The notes: generated from the sequence alone by a model not told the origin. A DNA stretch of 64,000 nt from an uncultured cyanobacterium (GCA_963793265.1 CAWBZI010000001.1:544001-608000), one strand, 5' to 3'. Positions 49,889 to 59,787 are shown, counted from the stretch's first letter. Numbers and translations: made by a program.

Positions 49889-52308
49889 GTACAGCTCAAG
49901 ACTGGGGCGATCTTTCGTTGATGGGCTTGTTTTGCTTGGAAGTAGAAAGCCAGGTGGAAGCGCTAAACAGTGGGTTGCTGGCTTTAGAGAAATCGGCGGG
50001 CTGCGATCGCACCCACTTAGACGGACTGATGCGCGCAGCCCACTCTATCAAAGGCGCAGCTCGTATTGTTCAAGTAGAAGCGGCTGTGAAGGTTGCCCAT
50101 GCCTTAGAAGATTGTTTTATTGCAGCGCAGCAAGGCATTCTTATGCTGACGAGCGATCACCTCGACGTGCTGCTAAAGGGCGTGGATTTGCTAGCGGCCT
50201 TGGGCCAGTTAGAAGAGTCAGCTTTAGCCGAGGTATCGTATAGCTATATGGCTCAGGCCGACGAGGCAGTCCTGGCAATTGAAGGCATGGTATCAGCAGC
50301 AGAGAAAGCAGCACCCTTGACACCAAACTGCAAAGAGCCTGCCGCTGAACTTCCAATTGAGCCTATTGTTGGAATTGCAGATAAATCTATTGCTGCTTCC
50401 CCAGACAGCACTATCGCCAATTTATCTCTAGAGCCACAAGCGATCGCACCTGAACCATCAGCACGAACCGTTCGGATTAGTGCGCGCAATCTCAATCGCC
50501 TGATGGGATTAGCCGGAGAGTCTTTAGTCTCATCAAACTGGTTGCAGCCTTTTGCGCAGTCTTTGCTACATATTAAGCGGCAGCAGCAGATAGCGATCGC
50601 CCAGCTCGAAAAGCATCAACAGTCACAGATAAGAGGTGAGCCGTCCCATTCATCCCATTCATCTATATCCGAGTCAGATCTGAACAAAGCTTTTCAAACG
50701 CTCCAGTCTGCTCAGAGCGCATTAAACGAGCAAATTAGTGATTTAGATGTATTCGCTCGGCAGTTTGAACAGCTTTCTGACCGGCTATATCGGGAGGTAA
50801 TTGCAGGACATATGTGCGCCTTTGAAGAAAGCACGCAGGGCTATGGCCGATTAATTAGAGATTTGTCACGACAGCAGGGCAAGCAGGTTAAATACGAACA
50901 AATTGGCGCAACCACTCACGTAGATAGAGACATCGCAGCTAGATTAGACGCACCAATTTCGCACCTGTTGACGAACGCGGTTGTGCACGGCATTGAGCCT
51001 TCGGAGCAGCGGCTAAATGCGGGCAAACCGGCTGAAGGCTCTATTCGCCTGAGCGCAGCGCATCGCTCTGGCATGTTGGTGGTGACGGTAGAAGATGACG
51101 GCGCGGGTGTGGACTTTGTAGCGCTGCGCTACAAAGTTGTTGATAGAGGGCTAACAACGGCAGAGGTGTCCGATCGGCTCAGTGAGGCTGAGCTGCTTGA
51201 GTTTTTATTTTTACCTGGATTCTCAACGGCATCCCAGGTAGATAGTGTGGCAGGCCGAGGCTATGGCTTGGATTTAGCGCGTACGATGGCGCAGTCTGTC
51301 GGGGGCTCGCTTCAGGCAATTTCGCCCACCTTTGAAGATAAAATGACGGGCGCAGTCGGCGGTATGCGGTTTCAGTTTCAGCTGCCGCTGACGCTTTCGG
51401 TCGTGCGATCGCTCCTTTTTGAAGTGGCCGGTGAGCCCTACGCCATCAGCCTCTCGCGAATTGTAAGCGTGATTAAGCTAGCGCCCGAGCAAATTCAATA
51501 TAGTCAAAACCGCCCTTATTTCTCACTTGAAAACGACCGGGATGATAAAGGCAGAAACAGCTCGAAAGAGAATATCAGCTTAGTCAGCGCCGATCGGTTA
51601 CTCTCGCTCTCACCAAGCCCAAACCAGCGCTCAAATCAGTGCGCAGATTGTGCTAAGACGTTATCAATAATCGTTATCGGCGAGGCGGGCAACTACTATG
51701 GACTACGAGTCGATCGCTTTTTAGAAGAGAAAGATTTAGTTGTGCGACCTTTAGATCCTCGTCTGGGTAAGGTACCAAACATCAGCGCTGCGGCCCTTAC
51801 AGACAAAGGCACGCCCGTCCTTATTTTAGATGTTGCCGATGTTTGGCGTTCCGCGGAAAAGATTGCAGGCCAAGATTTTTCTCAAGGGTCTTCACAAGAG
51901 CCTGCGGGGCCAAAACAGAAATTTCCCAAAGAGATGGCTCAAAAGCGCGTGCTGGTTGTTGATGACTCAATGACCGTACGCGCCATGGAGCAAAAGATGC
52001 TTCAAAATTGTGGCTATGCCGTTGATGTGGCAGTCGATGGGGTTGAGGGATGGAATGCGATGAGAATGGCGACTTACGATTTAGTCATTACTGATGTGGA
52101 TATGCCTCGGATGAGTGGCATTGAGCTAATCGAGAAAATGCGGGCCTACAGCGCGACTAAAGGGGTGCCGGTGATTGTTGTTTCTTACAAAGATCGCGCT
52201 GAAGATCAGATGGCAGGATTGGCAGCAGGTGCAAACTACTACCTGACCAAAAGCAGCTTTCACGACGACGGGCTGACCAACGCAGTATTGGATTTAATCG
52301 GTTCTTAA
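49885..52308 (+). CDS. cheA: CheA-like hybrid histidine kinase, HPt-HATPase-CheW-REC (WspE-like)
   Basis: LMRAAHSIKGAA, EDDGAG, FLPGFST, LPLTLSV, VVDDS...ITDVDMPRMSG. Confidence 0.93.
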   Translation: MSTAQDWGDLSLMGLFCLEVESQVEALNSGLLALEKSAGCDRTHLDGLMRAAHSIKGAARIVQVEAAVKVAHALEDCFIAAQQGILMLTSDHLDVLLKGVDLLAALGQLEESALAEVSYSYMAQADEAVLAIEGMVSAAEKAAPLTPNCKEPAAELPIEPIVGIADKSIAASPDSTIANLSLEPQAIAPEPSARTVRISARNLNRLMGLAGESLVSSNWLQPFAQSLLHIKRQQQIAIAQLEKHQQSQIRGEPSHSSHSSISESDLNKAFQTLQSAQSALNEQISDLDVFARQFEQLSDRLYREVIAGHMCAFEESTQGYGRLIRDLSRQQGKQVKYEQIGATTHVDRDIAARLDAPISHLLTNAVVHGIEPSEQRLNAGKPAEGSIRLSAAHRSGMLVVTVEDDGAGVDFVALRYKVVDRGLTTAEVSDRLSEAELLEFLFLPGFSTASQVDSVAGRGYGLDLARTMAQSVGGSLQAISPTFEDKMTGAVGGMRFQFQLPLTLSVVRSLLFEVAGEPYAISLSRIVSVIKLAPEQIQYSQNRPYFSLENDRDDKGRNSSKENISLVSADRLLSLSPSPNQRSNQCADCAKTLSIIVIGEAGNYYGLRVDRFLEEKDLVVRPLDPRLGKVPNISAAALTDKGTPVLILDVADVWRSAEKIAGQDFSQGSSQEPAGPKQKFPKEMAQKRVLVVDDSMTVRAMEQKMLQNCGYAVDVAVDGVEGWNAMRMATYDLVITDVDMPRMSGIELIEKMRAYSATKGVPVIVVSYKDRAEDQMAGLAAGANYYLTKSSFHDDGLTNAVLDLIGS

Positions 52309-52312
52309 GCAC

Positions 52313-53317
52313 ATGATCAAAGTAGCGATCGCAAACGACACCCTCCTAGCCTTAGAAGCATTGCGCCGGGCAATCGCCACTGACCCAGCCTATCAGCTCG
52401 TTTGGATAGCCAGAGAAGGAGCCCGAGCCGTTGAACTAGCTGAGCGCAACCGACCTGATTTAATCTTAATGGACTTGCAGATGCCCGGCGTAGACGGGGC
52501 CGAGGCAACCCGACAGATTATGGCGCGATCGCCCTGCGCTATTTTAATTGTTACAGGTAGCGTCGAGCGCAACACATCTAAAGTATTCGAGGCAATGGGC
52601 TATGGCGCACTCGACGTCGTACAAACGCCCGTGCTGGGAAGCGAACAGAGTTTAGAGATCTCAGCCCGACCGCTGCTAGCAAAAATGGCGGTTGTCATCA
52701 AGGCGTTTCACCTACCGGCTCCGCCCATATTACAGACTGAGCCAGTATCTAATCTCCCTGTGGAACTGATTGTTATTGGCGCTTCTACAGGTGGGCCTAA
52801 AGCGATCGCTCACATCCTAAGCCAGCTACCTGAGGGCTTTACAGCGGCTATTATAATTACCCAACATATCGACCAGCAGTTCACACATCAGCTTGCAAAC
52901 TGGCTGAACGATCAGAGTCATTTACCCGTGTCGTTAGCGCAGGCAGGCGATCGCCCATTGCCCGGTAAGGTGCTACTGGCAAAAGCTGAAGGACATTTGG
53001 TCATGAAAGGCGATCGCACCCTGGCCTACACACATCAGGCAAATAATATCTACCGCCCTTCCGTCAACGTATTTTTTAAGAGCATTGCTCGACACTGGCC
53101 TTTAGGCCAACAGCTCTCAGGACGAGCCATTTTGCTCACGGGGATGGGGCAAGATGGTGCTGAAGGATTAAGGGCGCTGCGTGAGTCGGGATGGCAAACG
53201 GTTGCAGAGAGCGAAACAAGCTGCGTGGTGTTTGGAATGCCTCAGGCGGCAATCGCGAGGGGCGCGGCGAGTCGGGTGATGGGGGTGGAGGCGATCGCAA
53301 GTTGGCTAGCCCACTAA
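52313..53317 (+). CDS. cheB: CheB methylesterase with REC (WspF-like)
   Basis: REC ILMDLQMP; catalytic GASTGG, QHI, LTGMGQDG. Confidence 0.93.
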   Translation: MIKVAIANDTLLALEALRRAIATDPAYQLVWIAREGARAVELAERNRPDLILMDLQMPGVDGAEATRQIMARSPCAILIVTGSVERNTSKVFEAMGYGALDVVQTPVLGSEQSLEISARPLLAKMAVVIKAFHLPAPPILQTEPVSNLPVELIVIGASTGGPKAIAHILSQLPEGFTAAIIITQHIDQQFTHQLANWLNDQSHLPVSLAQAGDRPLPGKVLLAKAEGHLVMKGDRTLAYTHQANNIYRPSVNVFFKSIARHWPLGQQLSGRAILLTGMGQDGAEGLRALRESGWQTVAESETSCVVFGMPQAAIARGAASRVMGVEAIASWLAH

Positions 53318-53383
53318 TCCTGCCGGGAACACTAATGGTTGATACGTGCACGATAGAAATGATGATAACCGATAGGTATATCG

Positions 53384-54814
53384 ATGTCTGAGTTGACTCT
53401 TCCCAATCAGCCAACTGACGGGCGGCCTACCGTTGTCTTAGTCATTGACGATCAGCCGATTGTCATTGAATCTATCCGCCGTTTGCTCGAAGCCGAGGCT
53501 GATATTGAGCTACACGCCTGCTACGACCCTACGATGGCACTCTCTACAGCGGCAGAGTTGCGGCCCAGCGTAATTTTGCAAGATTTAGTCATGCCTGACG
53601 TAGACGGGCTTATGCTGGTTAAATTTTTGCGGGCTCATCCTGCGACCAAAGAAACGCCTATTATTGTTCTTTCTTCTCAAGACGACGCCAAAACCAAAGC
53701 AGAAGCTTTTGCAGTCGGAGCCAACGATTACTTGGTAAAGCTGCCCGATCCGATTGAACTTATTGCTCGCTTGCGCTATCACTCGCAGGCTTACTACAAC
53801 TTGCTCAAGCGAGATGAAGCCGAACAAACGCTCGTTCATAACAAAGTTTTAGAAAAGCGTGTGGAGGAACGCACCGCTGAGCTAAAGCAAGCTTTAGATG
53901 ATTTAAAGCGCACTCAGGCTAAGCTGATTCACAATGAAAAGATGAGCAGTATGGGTCAGCTTGTTGCTGGCATCGCGCATGAAGTTAACAATCCCATCAA
54001 TTTTATCTACGGCAATCTCAACTACATGAACGGCTACGTTCAAGATTTGTTAGATCTTATAAGATCGTATCAGCAGCACTACCCTGCGCCCGCTAAAGAC
54101 ATCAAAGAAAAAATAGAAGAACTTGACCTAGAATTCACCTCACCTGATCTCATTCAGAGCTTTGTTTCTTTACGCAGCGGTGCGAAGCGCATTCGCAATC
54201 TGGTGCTCAGCCTACGCAACTTTTCTCGCTTCGATGAATCCGAGCTAAAAACGGTAGACATTCACGAAGGCATAGACAGCACGCTTGCTATGCTGGGCGA
54301 TCAGACCAAAGGCATCACGGTTGAAAAACAATATGGTACGCTGCCGTGTGTCGAATGCTATCCAGGGCAGTTGAACCAGGCTTTAATGCACCTTATCCGC
54401 AATGCTCTAGAAGCGCTTAATCGGCTAGGCACCGTAGAAGACGGGGCCGTAAAGTCTCCTATACTACACATTTCTACGGCTGCAGTTGAAGGCGATCGCG
54501 TCACGATATGGATAGCTGACAACGGCCCTGGCATTTCATTAGAGATACAAGATCGTATATTTGATCCCTTTTTTACAACTAAAAAAGTAGGAGAAGGTGC
54601 AGGATTAGGTCTTTCAATTAGCCATCAGGTCGTGTCGGTGCTGCATGGCGGCAAGCTAAAGTGCTATTCAATGCCGGGGCAGGGCGCTAAGTTTTTAGTT
54701 GAGCTGCCGGTTCAGCTATTGGCTGGTGAGAAAACGGCTGAGCCCGCTACCGATCAGAAGTTCATAACGCCTGCCGAGCTTGTTGGGTCATCTCACAAAG
54801 CTCAGCGAGGCTAG
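53384..54814 (+). CDS. WspR-type receiver fused to a HisKA/HATPase histidine kinase
   Basis: PSVILQDLVMP...GANDYLVKLPD.IEL.ARLRYHS; GIAHEVNNP, DNGPG, FDPFFTTK, GAGLGL. Confidence 0.9.
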   Translation: MSELTLPNQPTDGRPTVVLVIDDQPIVIESIRRLLEAEADIELHACYDPTMALSTAAELRPSVILQDLVMPDVDGLMLVKFLRAHPATKETPIIVLSSQDDAKTKAEAFAVGANDYLVKLPDPIELIARLRYHSQAYYNLLKRDEAEQTLVHNKVLEKRVEERTAELKQALDDLKRTQAKLIHNEKMSSMGQLVAGIAHEVNNPINFIYGNLNYMNGYVQDLLDLIRSYQQHYPAPAKDIKEKIEELDLEFTSPDLIQSFVSLRSGAKRIRNLVLSLRNFSRFDESELKTVDIHEGIDSTLAMLGDQTKGITVEKQYGTLPCVECYPGQLNQALMHLIRNALEALNRLGTVEDGAVKSPILHISTAAVEGDRVTIWIADNGPGISLEIQDRIFDPFFTTKKVGEGAGLGLSISHQVVSVLHGGKLKCYSMPGQGAKFLVELPVQLLAGEKTAEPATDQKFITPAELVGSSHKAQRG

Positions 54815-55667
54815 GCCAGGGGTGCGTTTCTGATTCTGCCTTTAGCCACAGCAAATACTCGATATTACCAGCCGGGCCAACGGTATCTGACCACGTGAGC
54901 CCTTTGTACTGCCAGCCGAGAGCAGCGGCAGCTTGATTGACCTGAAGAATTGTGATCGCCTGATCTTTAGCATCACGAACCACCCCCTTCTTCCCAATCT
55001 TTTCGCGGCCCACTTCAAACTGCGGTTTGACCAACAAAATTACTTCTCTTGGTGGAGCCAACAGCGCCCAAAAGGCAGGCAGCACTTTTGTCAGCGAAAT
55101 AAAGGAAACGTCCATAACGCCCAACGTAGGCATCGCTAACGGCTGAGCTGGCGTCTGGTCTGGCGGTGGCTGATAAAGATCGGCAGGCGTCAGGTGACGA
55201 ATATTCGTGCGCTCTCGCAATACCACCCGAGGATCTTGGCGAATCTTCCAGGCGACCTGCCCGTAGCCAACATCAATACCGTACACCCGTTTGGCGTCGG
55301 CCTGTAGCAGGCAATCGGTGAAGCCACCTGTAGAAATACCGCCGTCTAAACAGATTTTACCTTGGGGCTGCACATCGAATGTTTTGAGCGCTTTAGCGAG
55401 CTTTTCACCCCCTCTAGAGACAAAGGGCGGCTTTTTTTTAAGTTCAATAACCGCATCTGCGGCAACGAGCGCACCGGGCTTATCTATAATTTGCTGGGCA
55501 ATTTTCACCTCACCCGCTCTAATCAACCGCTGCGCCTGCTGCCGGGAGGGGCATAGGCCCTGCTCCACGAGGAGAGTATCGATTCGCTGTTTAGCCAAGG
55601 TAGGAGCATAGGTAGGGGTGCGTTTAATTGTAATCTTAGAGGGTTTCGACAGCGATTCTTCTGTCAT
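54762..55667 (-). CDS. tlyA: TlyA family rRNA methyltransferase
   Basis: S4 domain KQRID, FVSRGGEKL, DGGISTGGFTDCLL, DVSFISL, LVKPQFE, GNIEYL; true start may be TTG 55598; 3' end overlaps the HK gene by 53 bp. Confidence 0.93.
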   Translation of the reverse strand: MTEESLSKPSKITIKRTPTYAPTLAKQRIDTLLVEQGLCPSRQQAQRLIRAGEVKIAQQIIDKPGALVAADAVIELKKKPPFVSRGGEKLAKALKTFDVQPQGKICLDGGISTGGFTDCLLQADAKRVYGIDVGYGQVAWKIRQDPRVVLRERTNIRHLTPADLYQPPPDQTPAQPLAMPTLGVMDVSFISLTKVLPAFWALLAPPREVILLVKPQFEVGREKIGKKGVVRDAKDQAITILQVNQAAAALGWQYKGLTWSDTVGPAGNIEYLLWLKAESETHPWPSLAELCEMTQQARQAL

Positions 55668-55900
55668 CCTCGGTCATCTTCAAAATATTAGCGTGAACTA
55701 CATTCAAGGCTGCATAGTGGACAAGGCGCAGCCACAGATATATCTCCTATCAGCCTGAATCTGGAAAAGTTAGATGAGGCGTATGTGCGTCGTTATGAAG
55801 ATGGTTAGACAGACTATCTGTAAGTGCGGGCTGTTCGGTAGGATTAAAGGTACGCGAGACAACGCTTGTAGCGCCGCCCTACCGCATCTAGAAACTGTCT

Positions 55901-57262
55901 ATGACCTTTGAGAGCACTTCAGCTAAGCTATCTTCAGAATCATCTTTGGGGCCGTTTTCAAAACAGGCGGCTGAGGAATGGGACTTGAAGCGGCTGTATG
56001 CTGATTTGGCGATCGCAAAGTCAAAAGCCACCCCCGACCGGCAGCCAACGCTAACAGCCGTAGAAAAAGAACGCCTGTGCGGGCTGCTATTGGACTATAG
56101 CCCGGCTGAAATCGCTCAAAAGAAGTACGTGACGCCTCGAACGGTTGAAGTCTCTTTTTGTGTGGGGATTTATCGGTATGTAGAGATTTTGGCAAAGCGC
56201 GATCGCAATGCTTTAGAAGGCTGGCGGGATGTCGTCACTTGGCTAACAGCGGCAGGGTATCGGCGATCGCAAGTCGCTGTTAACTGGGCACAAATGCCCG
56301 ACGTACCCGCGCTATATGGGCGAGAAGTTGAGCTTGACCGGCTCTCAAGTTGGATATGTGGCAGTTCGCCCTGCCGAATGCTGGCGATTAATGGCCCGGC
56401 GGGAATTGGCAAAACATCGCTGGCGATTGAACTTGCTAAAAAGGTGAAGCCTCAGTTTGAAGGGGCCATTTGGCAGTCTTTACGGCATCAGCCCGCGCTC
56501 GAAACTGTGTTGAGCGACTGGCTAGTGCAGCTCCCTAATGATTTTAATCGGGCGCGGCCTACGTCAGAGTGGTACAAGCAAATTGACGATGTGATGGATT
56601 ATCTGAGAGCGCACCGCTGCTTGGTGGTGCTGGATAATTTGGAGTCTATTTTGCGCGGCGGCAGTTTGTTTGGTGAGTATGAGCCCGCGCATGAGCCCTA
56701 TCGCGAGCTGCTAAAACGGATGGGCGAGGAGCCACATCAAAGCTGTGTGCTGGTGACGAGTCGGGAGAGCAATCGAGAAATTCGAGGATCAGAGTCAGCG
56801 GCGCATCCAGTGCGGCAGTTGCGTTTAGAAGGACTGAGCTATGAGGCGGCAGCGCCTATTTTAAAAGAAGAAAAGCTGTTGGAGAGTGATGGGCCGAACG
56901 GGTACGGTAAAAAGCTAGTGCAGCAGTATCGGGGCAATCCTCACTTTTTGAGGATGGTGGCTTTTACCATTCATGAGGTGTTTGACGGTAGGGTGGGCGA
57001 CTTTTTGAAGCAGCGGATGACGCTGTTTGGGGAGGTGGTGTATATTCTCGATCAGCAGTACGACCGCCTGTCGGATGAGGAAAAGGCAATATTGCAACAG
57101 CTAGCAAGACAGGACGAGCGGGTGCCGCTTGAGGATTTGATTCCGCCGCATAAGCTGGAATCTATTAACGCGCTAAACCGGCGATCGCTGATCGAAAAGA
57201 GCGCAGCGGGCTACACGCTAAGACCTGTGGTCATGGAACATGTGCGCCGTAAGCTGCAGTGA
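55901..57262 (+). CDS. NB-ARC (STAND) ATPase with N-terminal HTH-like domain and no C-terminal repeats
   Basis: LYGREVEL, Walker A GPAGIGKT, Walker B LVVLDNLE, LVTSRE, GNP; ends at YTLRPVVMEHV. Confidence 0.85.
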   Translation: MTFESTSAKLSSESSLGPFSKQAAEEWDLKRLYADLAIAKSKATPDRQPTLTAVEKERLCGLLLDYSPAEIAQKKYVTPRTVEVSFCVGIYRYVEILAKRDRNALEGWRDVVTWLTAAGYRRSQVAVNWAQMPDVPALYGREVELDRLSSWICGSSPCRMLAINGPAGIGKTSLAIELAKKVKPQFEGAIWQSLRHQPALETVLSDWLVQLPNDFNRARPTSEWYKQIDDVMDYLRAHRCLVVLDNLESILRGGSLFGEYEPAHEPYRELLKRMGEEPHQSCVLVTSRESNREIRGSESAAHPVRQLRLEGLSYEAAAPILKEEKLLESDGPNGYGKKLVQQYRGNPHFLRMVAFTIHEVFDGRVGDFLKQRMTLFGEVVYILDQQYDRLSDEEKAILQQLARQDERVPLEDLIPPHKLESINALNRRSLIEKSAAGYTLRPVVMEHVRRKLQ

Positions 57263-57272
57263 GTTTTGTAAC

Positions 57273-58322
57273 ATGAGCTATTGCATAAATCCCTGGTGCG
57301 CTCAGCGTAAAAATGAAGCGACAGACAAGTGCTGTCAGGAATGTGGTACGCCTTTGCTCATTCAGGGGCGCTACCGGCTGTTGCGTCCGCTGCGTGAGCT
57401 GGATGAGTGGGAGCCATCAGAGATTTTTGAGATTGAAGATAGGGCCGACAGCAGCGGTCAGCCGAAGGTGCTGAAGATTCTTAAAAAGGCGAGCTTTCAG
57501 CCGCAGTTTGAGCGTGAGATTAAGACGTTGCAGCATTTGCAGCACGTGGGTGTCCCCGCGATCGCCCTCGATGGAGATTTTGTCTTTGAGATAGGCGATC
57601 GCAAGCTCTACTGCCTGGTGATGGAAAAAATTCAGGGCAAAAACCTGGACGTCTGGCTACAGGAAAACGGCAGCATCGACCAGGCCCAGGCGATTGACTG
57701 GATGCGTCAGCTCGTAGCCGTACTCGGCAAACTACACAGCGAAAGTCTCTTTCATCGAGACATCAAGCTCTCAAATATTATGCTTCGGCCCAGCGGACAG
57801 CTCGCGCTAATCGACTTTGGCACGGTGAGGCCGATGAGCGGCACTTACTTTGCCAAAATCTCAGGACAAAGAGACATTACCAGCGTAGTGTCGCCGGGCT
57901 ATACGCCGTTAGAACAAATTAATGGCAAAGCGGTGCCGCAGTCTGACTTTTATGCACTGGGGCGATCGCTTGTCTATTTGCTCACCGGGCAGCACCCGAT
58001 TGATTTGCCTGAAGATGAGGCAACGGGGCTTTTGGCGTGGAGAAGCTATAGCGATCGCCCCGTATCAGACTGGTTTGCCAGCCTATTAGACGACATGATG
58101 GCTCCCTTTTTAGCGCAGCGACCGCTAAACGCAGAGGCGTTGCTAGCACGGCTTGATCAACCAGAGATTAAAGCTCAGAGCATCGCACAGTCTAGTCCAG
58201 ATGCTTCTAAAGTTAAGCGTCGCCAAAGCCTTCAGGCAAAAGGAGAACTGTTCCTTTTGATCGTGCTGAACACTGTTGCTTTCGTAATGATTGTTGATTT
58301 TCTGGTGAATGCTTGGGGCTAA
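57273..58322 (+). CDS. Ser/Thr protein kinase with 4-Cys prefix and C-terminal TM
   Basis: YCINPWC...CQECG, VLK, HRDIKLSN, DFG, GYTPLEQ, SDFYALG. Confidence 0.9.
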   Translation: MSYCINPWCAQRKNEATDKCCQECGTPLLIQGRYRLLRPLRELDEWEPSEIFEIEDRADSSGQPKVLKILKKASFQPQFEREIKTLQHLQHVGVPAIALDGDFVFEIGDRKLYCLVMEKIQGKNLDVWLQENGSIDQAQAIDWMRQLVAVLGKLHSESLFHRDIKLSNIMLRPSGQLALIDFGTVRPMSGTYFAKISGQRDITSVVSPGYTPLEQINGKAVPQSDFYALGRSLVYLLTGQHPIDLPEDEATGLLAWRSYSDRPVSDWFASLLDDMMAPFLAQRPLNAEALLARLDQPEIKAQSIAQSSPDASKVKRRQSLQAKGELFLLIVLNTVAFVMIVDFLVNAWG

Positions 58323-58389
58323 CGACAGGCGAAGCCGTTAGAAAAGGTGCGTACATACGCTAAATAGTCAACAACGAAAGCACTGGCAA

Positions 58390-59787
58390 CTAGCTCATAG
58401 CGCGTCTCAAGCAGTTCTTTACAGCGCTATCTGTCTTCTTGTCTAAATAACATCGCGTTTTTCGCTGCGCGCTTTCCATAGCCTGCTCGATCGCTCCTTC
58501 ACTTGTGACCGATTCACCTAGCAGCTCACTGAGCGAGATTTGAAGCTCGCGAGAGACAGCAGTATATGGCTTAACCTTAGGGCGAAAATCAGAGCGCTGC
58601 TGTAGGTATTGCAGAATTTCTGGCATAAATGGATACTTCTCAACGATCTCAGCGTCTTCGAATAGCGCTTTGCGACTAGGCAGCACGCCGACCTCTAGCA
58701 CAAACTCCTTTTGGATCGCTTCACTGGTGAAATATTTAATGGCTTCCCAAGCCTGAGCTTCATAGGCAGAGTTTTTAGAGATGCCAAAGCCCCAGCCGCC
58801 TCGGCAGCTTATGCCGGGTCGACTGGCTGCGAAAGAGAACGGAGGGGCGATCGCAACTTTCCCTTTCACCAAAGAGCCCTCTCCCTGAATATCCGACCAA
58901 AACGCAGGCCATCCCCTCAAGAAAATCGCCTTACCCTCAACAAACTTCTCCTTAGAAAGTGTCTCGGTATAGTTCGTGACATCACGCGGAGAGATACCCT
59001 CTTGAATAAGCCGCTTCATCGCCGCCACCGCCCGCTGCGTCGGTTCATCAGTAAGTTTCACCCTACCGCGATCTATCCACTGTCCGCCTAAGCTGCGCAC
59101 CGCCTCAAAAAAGTTAACCACAAGCCCTTCATAAGAATCCCCCTGCCAAAGATAGCCTGCCTCTATCCCAGACGACGCCTTCACAGCTTCAACCGTCTCT
59201 TTCAGCGCCATCAATCCTTCAGGAACCTGTAATCCCACGCGATCCAACAGATCTTTGCGATAGTACAAAACGCCGACATCAGGATACATCGGTATGCGAT
59301 AGAGCCTTTTTCCACGAATATCAGAGTAGGTACCAATATCTATTTCGCTCTCTAAAAACTGATCGAGATCAAGCTTGTCAGCTTTCACACGTCTTGTTAG
59401 GTTCACTAACTCATCCTTGAAAGACTCTATCCAAATAACGTCCATAAAAACAAGGTCGTAGCGGACTTTATTGTCGCTACGGTTTTCTGTCGTAGATCTA
59501 AAGTCTTCTTTGTACAGGCCCTCTCTAACACTGGTGTTGTCAGAATCTCCTATCAGCGTGATCTTAATATCTCGATGTGTAGTTTCAAATCGATCGGCCA
59601 GCTTTCTCCAGGTAGACAGTTCACCCTCAGAAACCAGCATCGACAGTTCAGCAGGCGCTGCTAACGAAGAAACTGCTGCTGAAGGAGGCCACAAAATGTT
59701 TAGCAATAGCAGGCAGACAATCTGAGCTGCCAGCAGTACCATGAGTGCTGTTTGCCAAGAAAAGCGACGACGAGTTCTAGAGCGCAC
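58390..59787 (-). CDS. Carbohydrate ABC transporter substrate-binding protein (family 1)
   Basis: DLVFMDVIW, LYYRKDLL, WQGDSYEGL, FLRGWP, GGWGFGI. Confidence 0.85.
   Translation of the reverse strand: MRSRTRRRFSWQTALMVLLAAQIVCLLLLNILWPPSAAVSSLAAPAELSMLVSEGELSTWRKLADRFETTHRDIKITLIGDSDNTSVREGLYKEDFRSTTENRSDNKVRYDLVFMDVIWIESFKDELVNLTRRVKADKLDLDQFLESEIDIGTYSDIRGKRLYRIPMYPDVGVLYYRKDLLDRVGLQVPEGLMALKETVEAVKASSGIEAGYLWQGDSYEGLVVNFFEAVRSLGGQWIDRGRVKLTDEPTQRAVAAMKRLIQEGISPRDVTNYTETLSKEKFVEGKAIFLRGWPAFWSDIQGEGSLVKGKVAIAPPFSFAASRPGISCRGGWGFGISKNSAYEAQAWEAIKYFTSEAIQKEFVLEVGVLPSRKALFEDAEIVEKYPFMPEILQYLQQRSDFRPKVKPYTAVSRELQISLSELLGESVTSEGAIEQAMESAQRKTRCYLDKKTDSAVKNCLRRAMS

Noticed and set aside
52586..52595. 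TTCGAGGCAA in cheB matches the first 10 nt of the predicted TnpB guide
   Set aside because: A 10-nt match is plausible by chance in 64 kb, it is not preceded by the candidate TAM, and the match stops there
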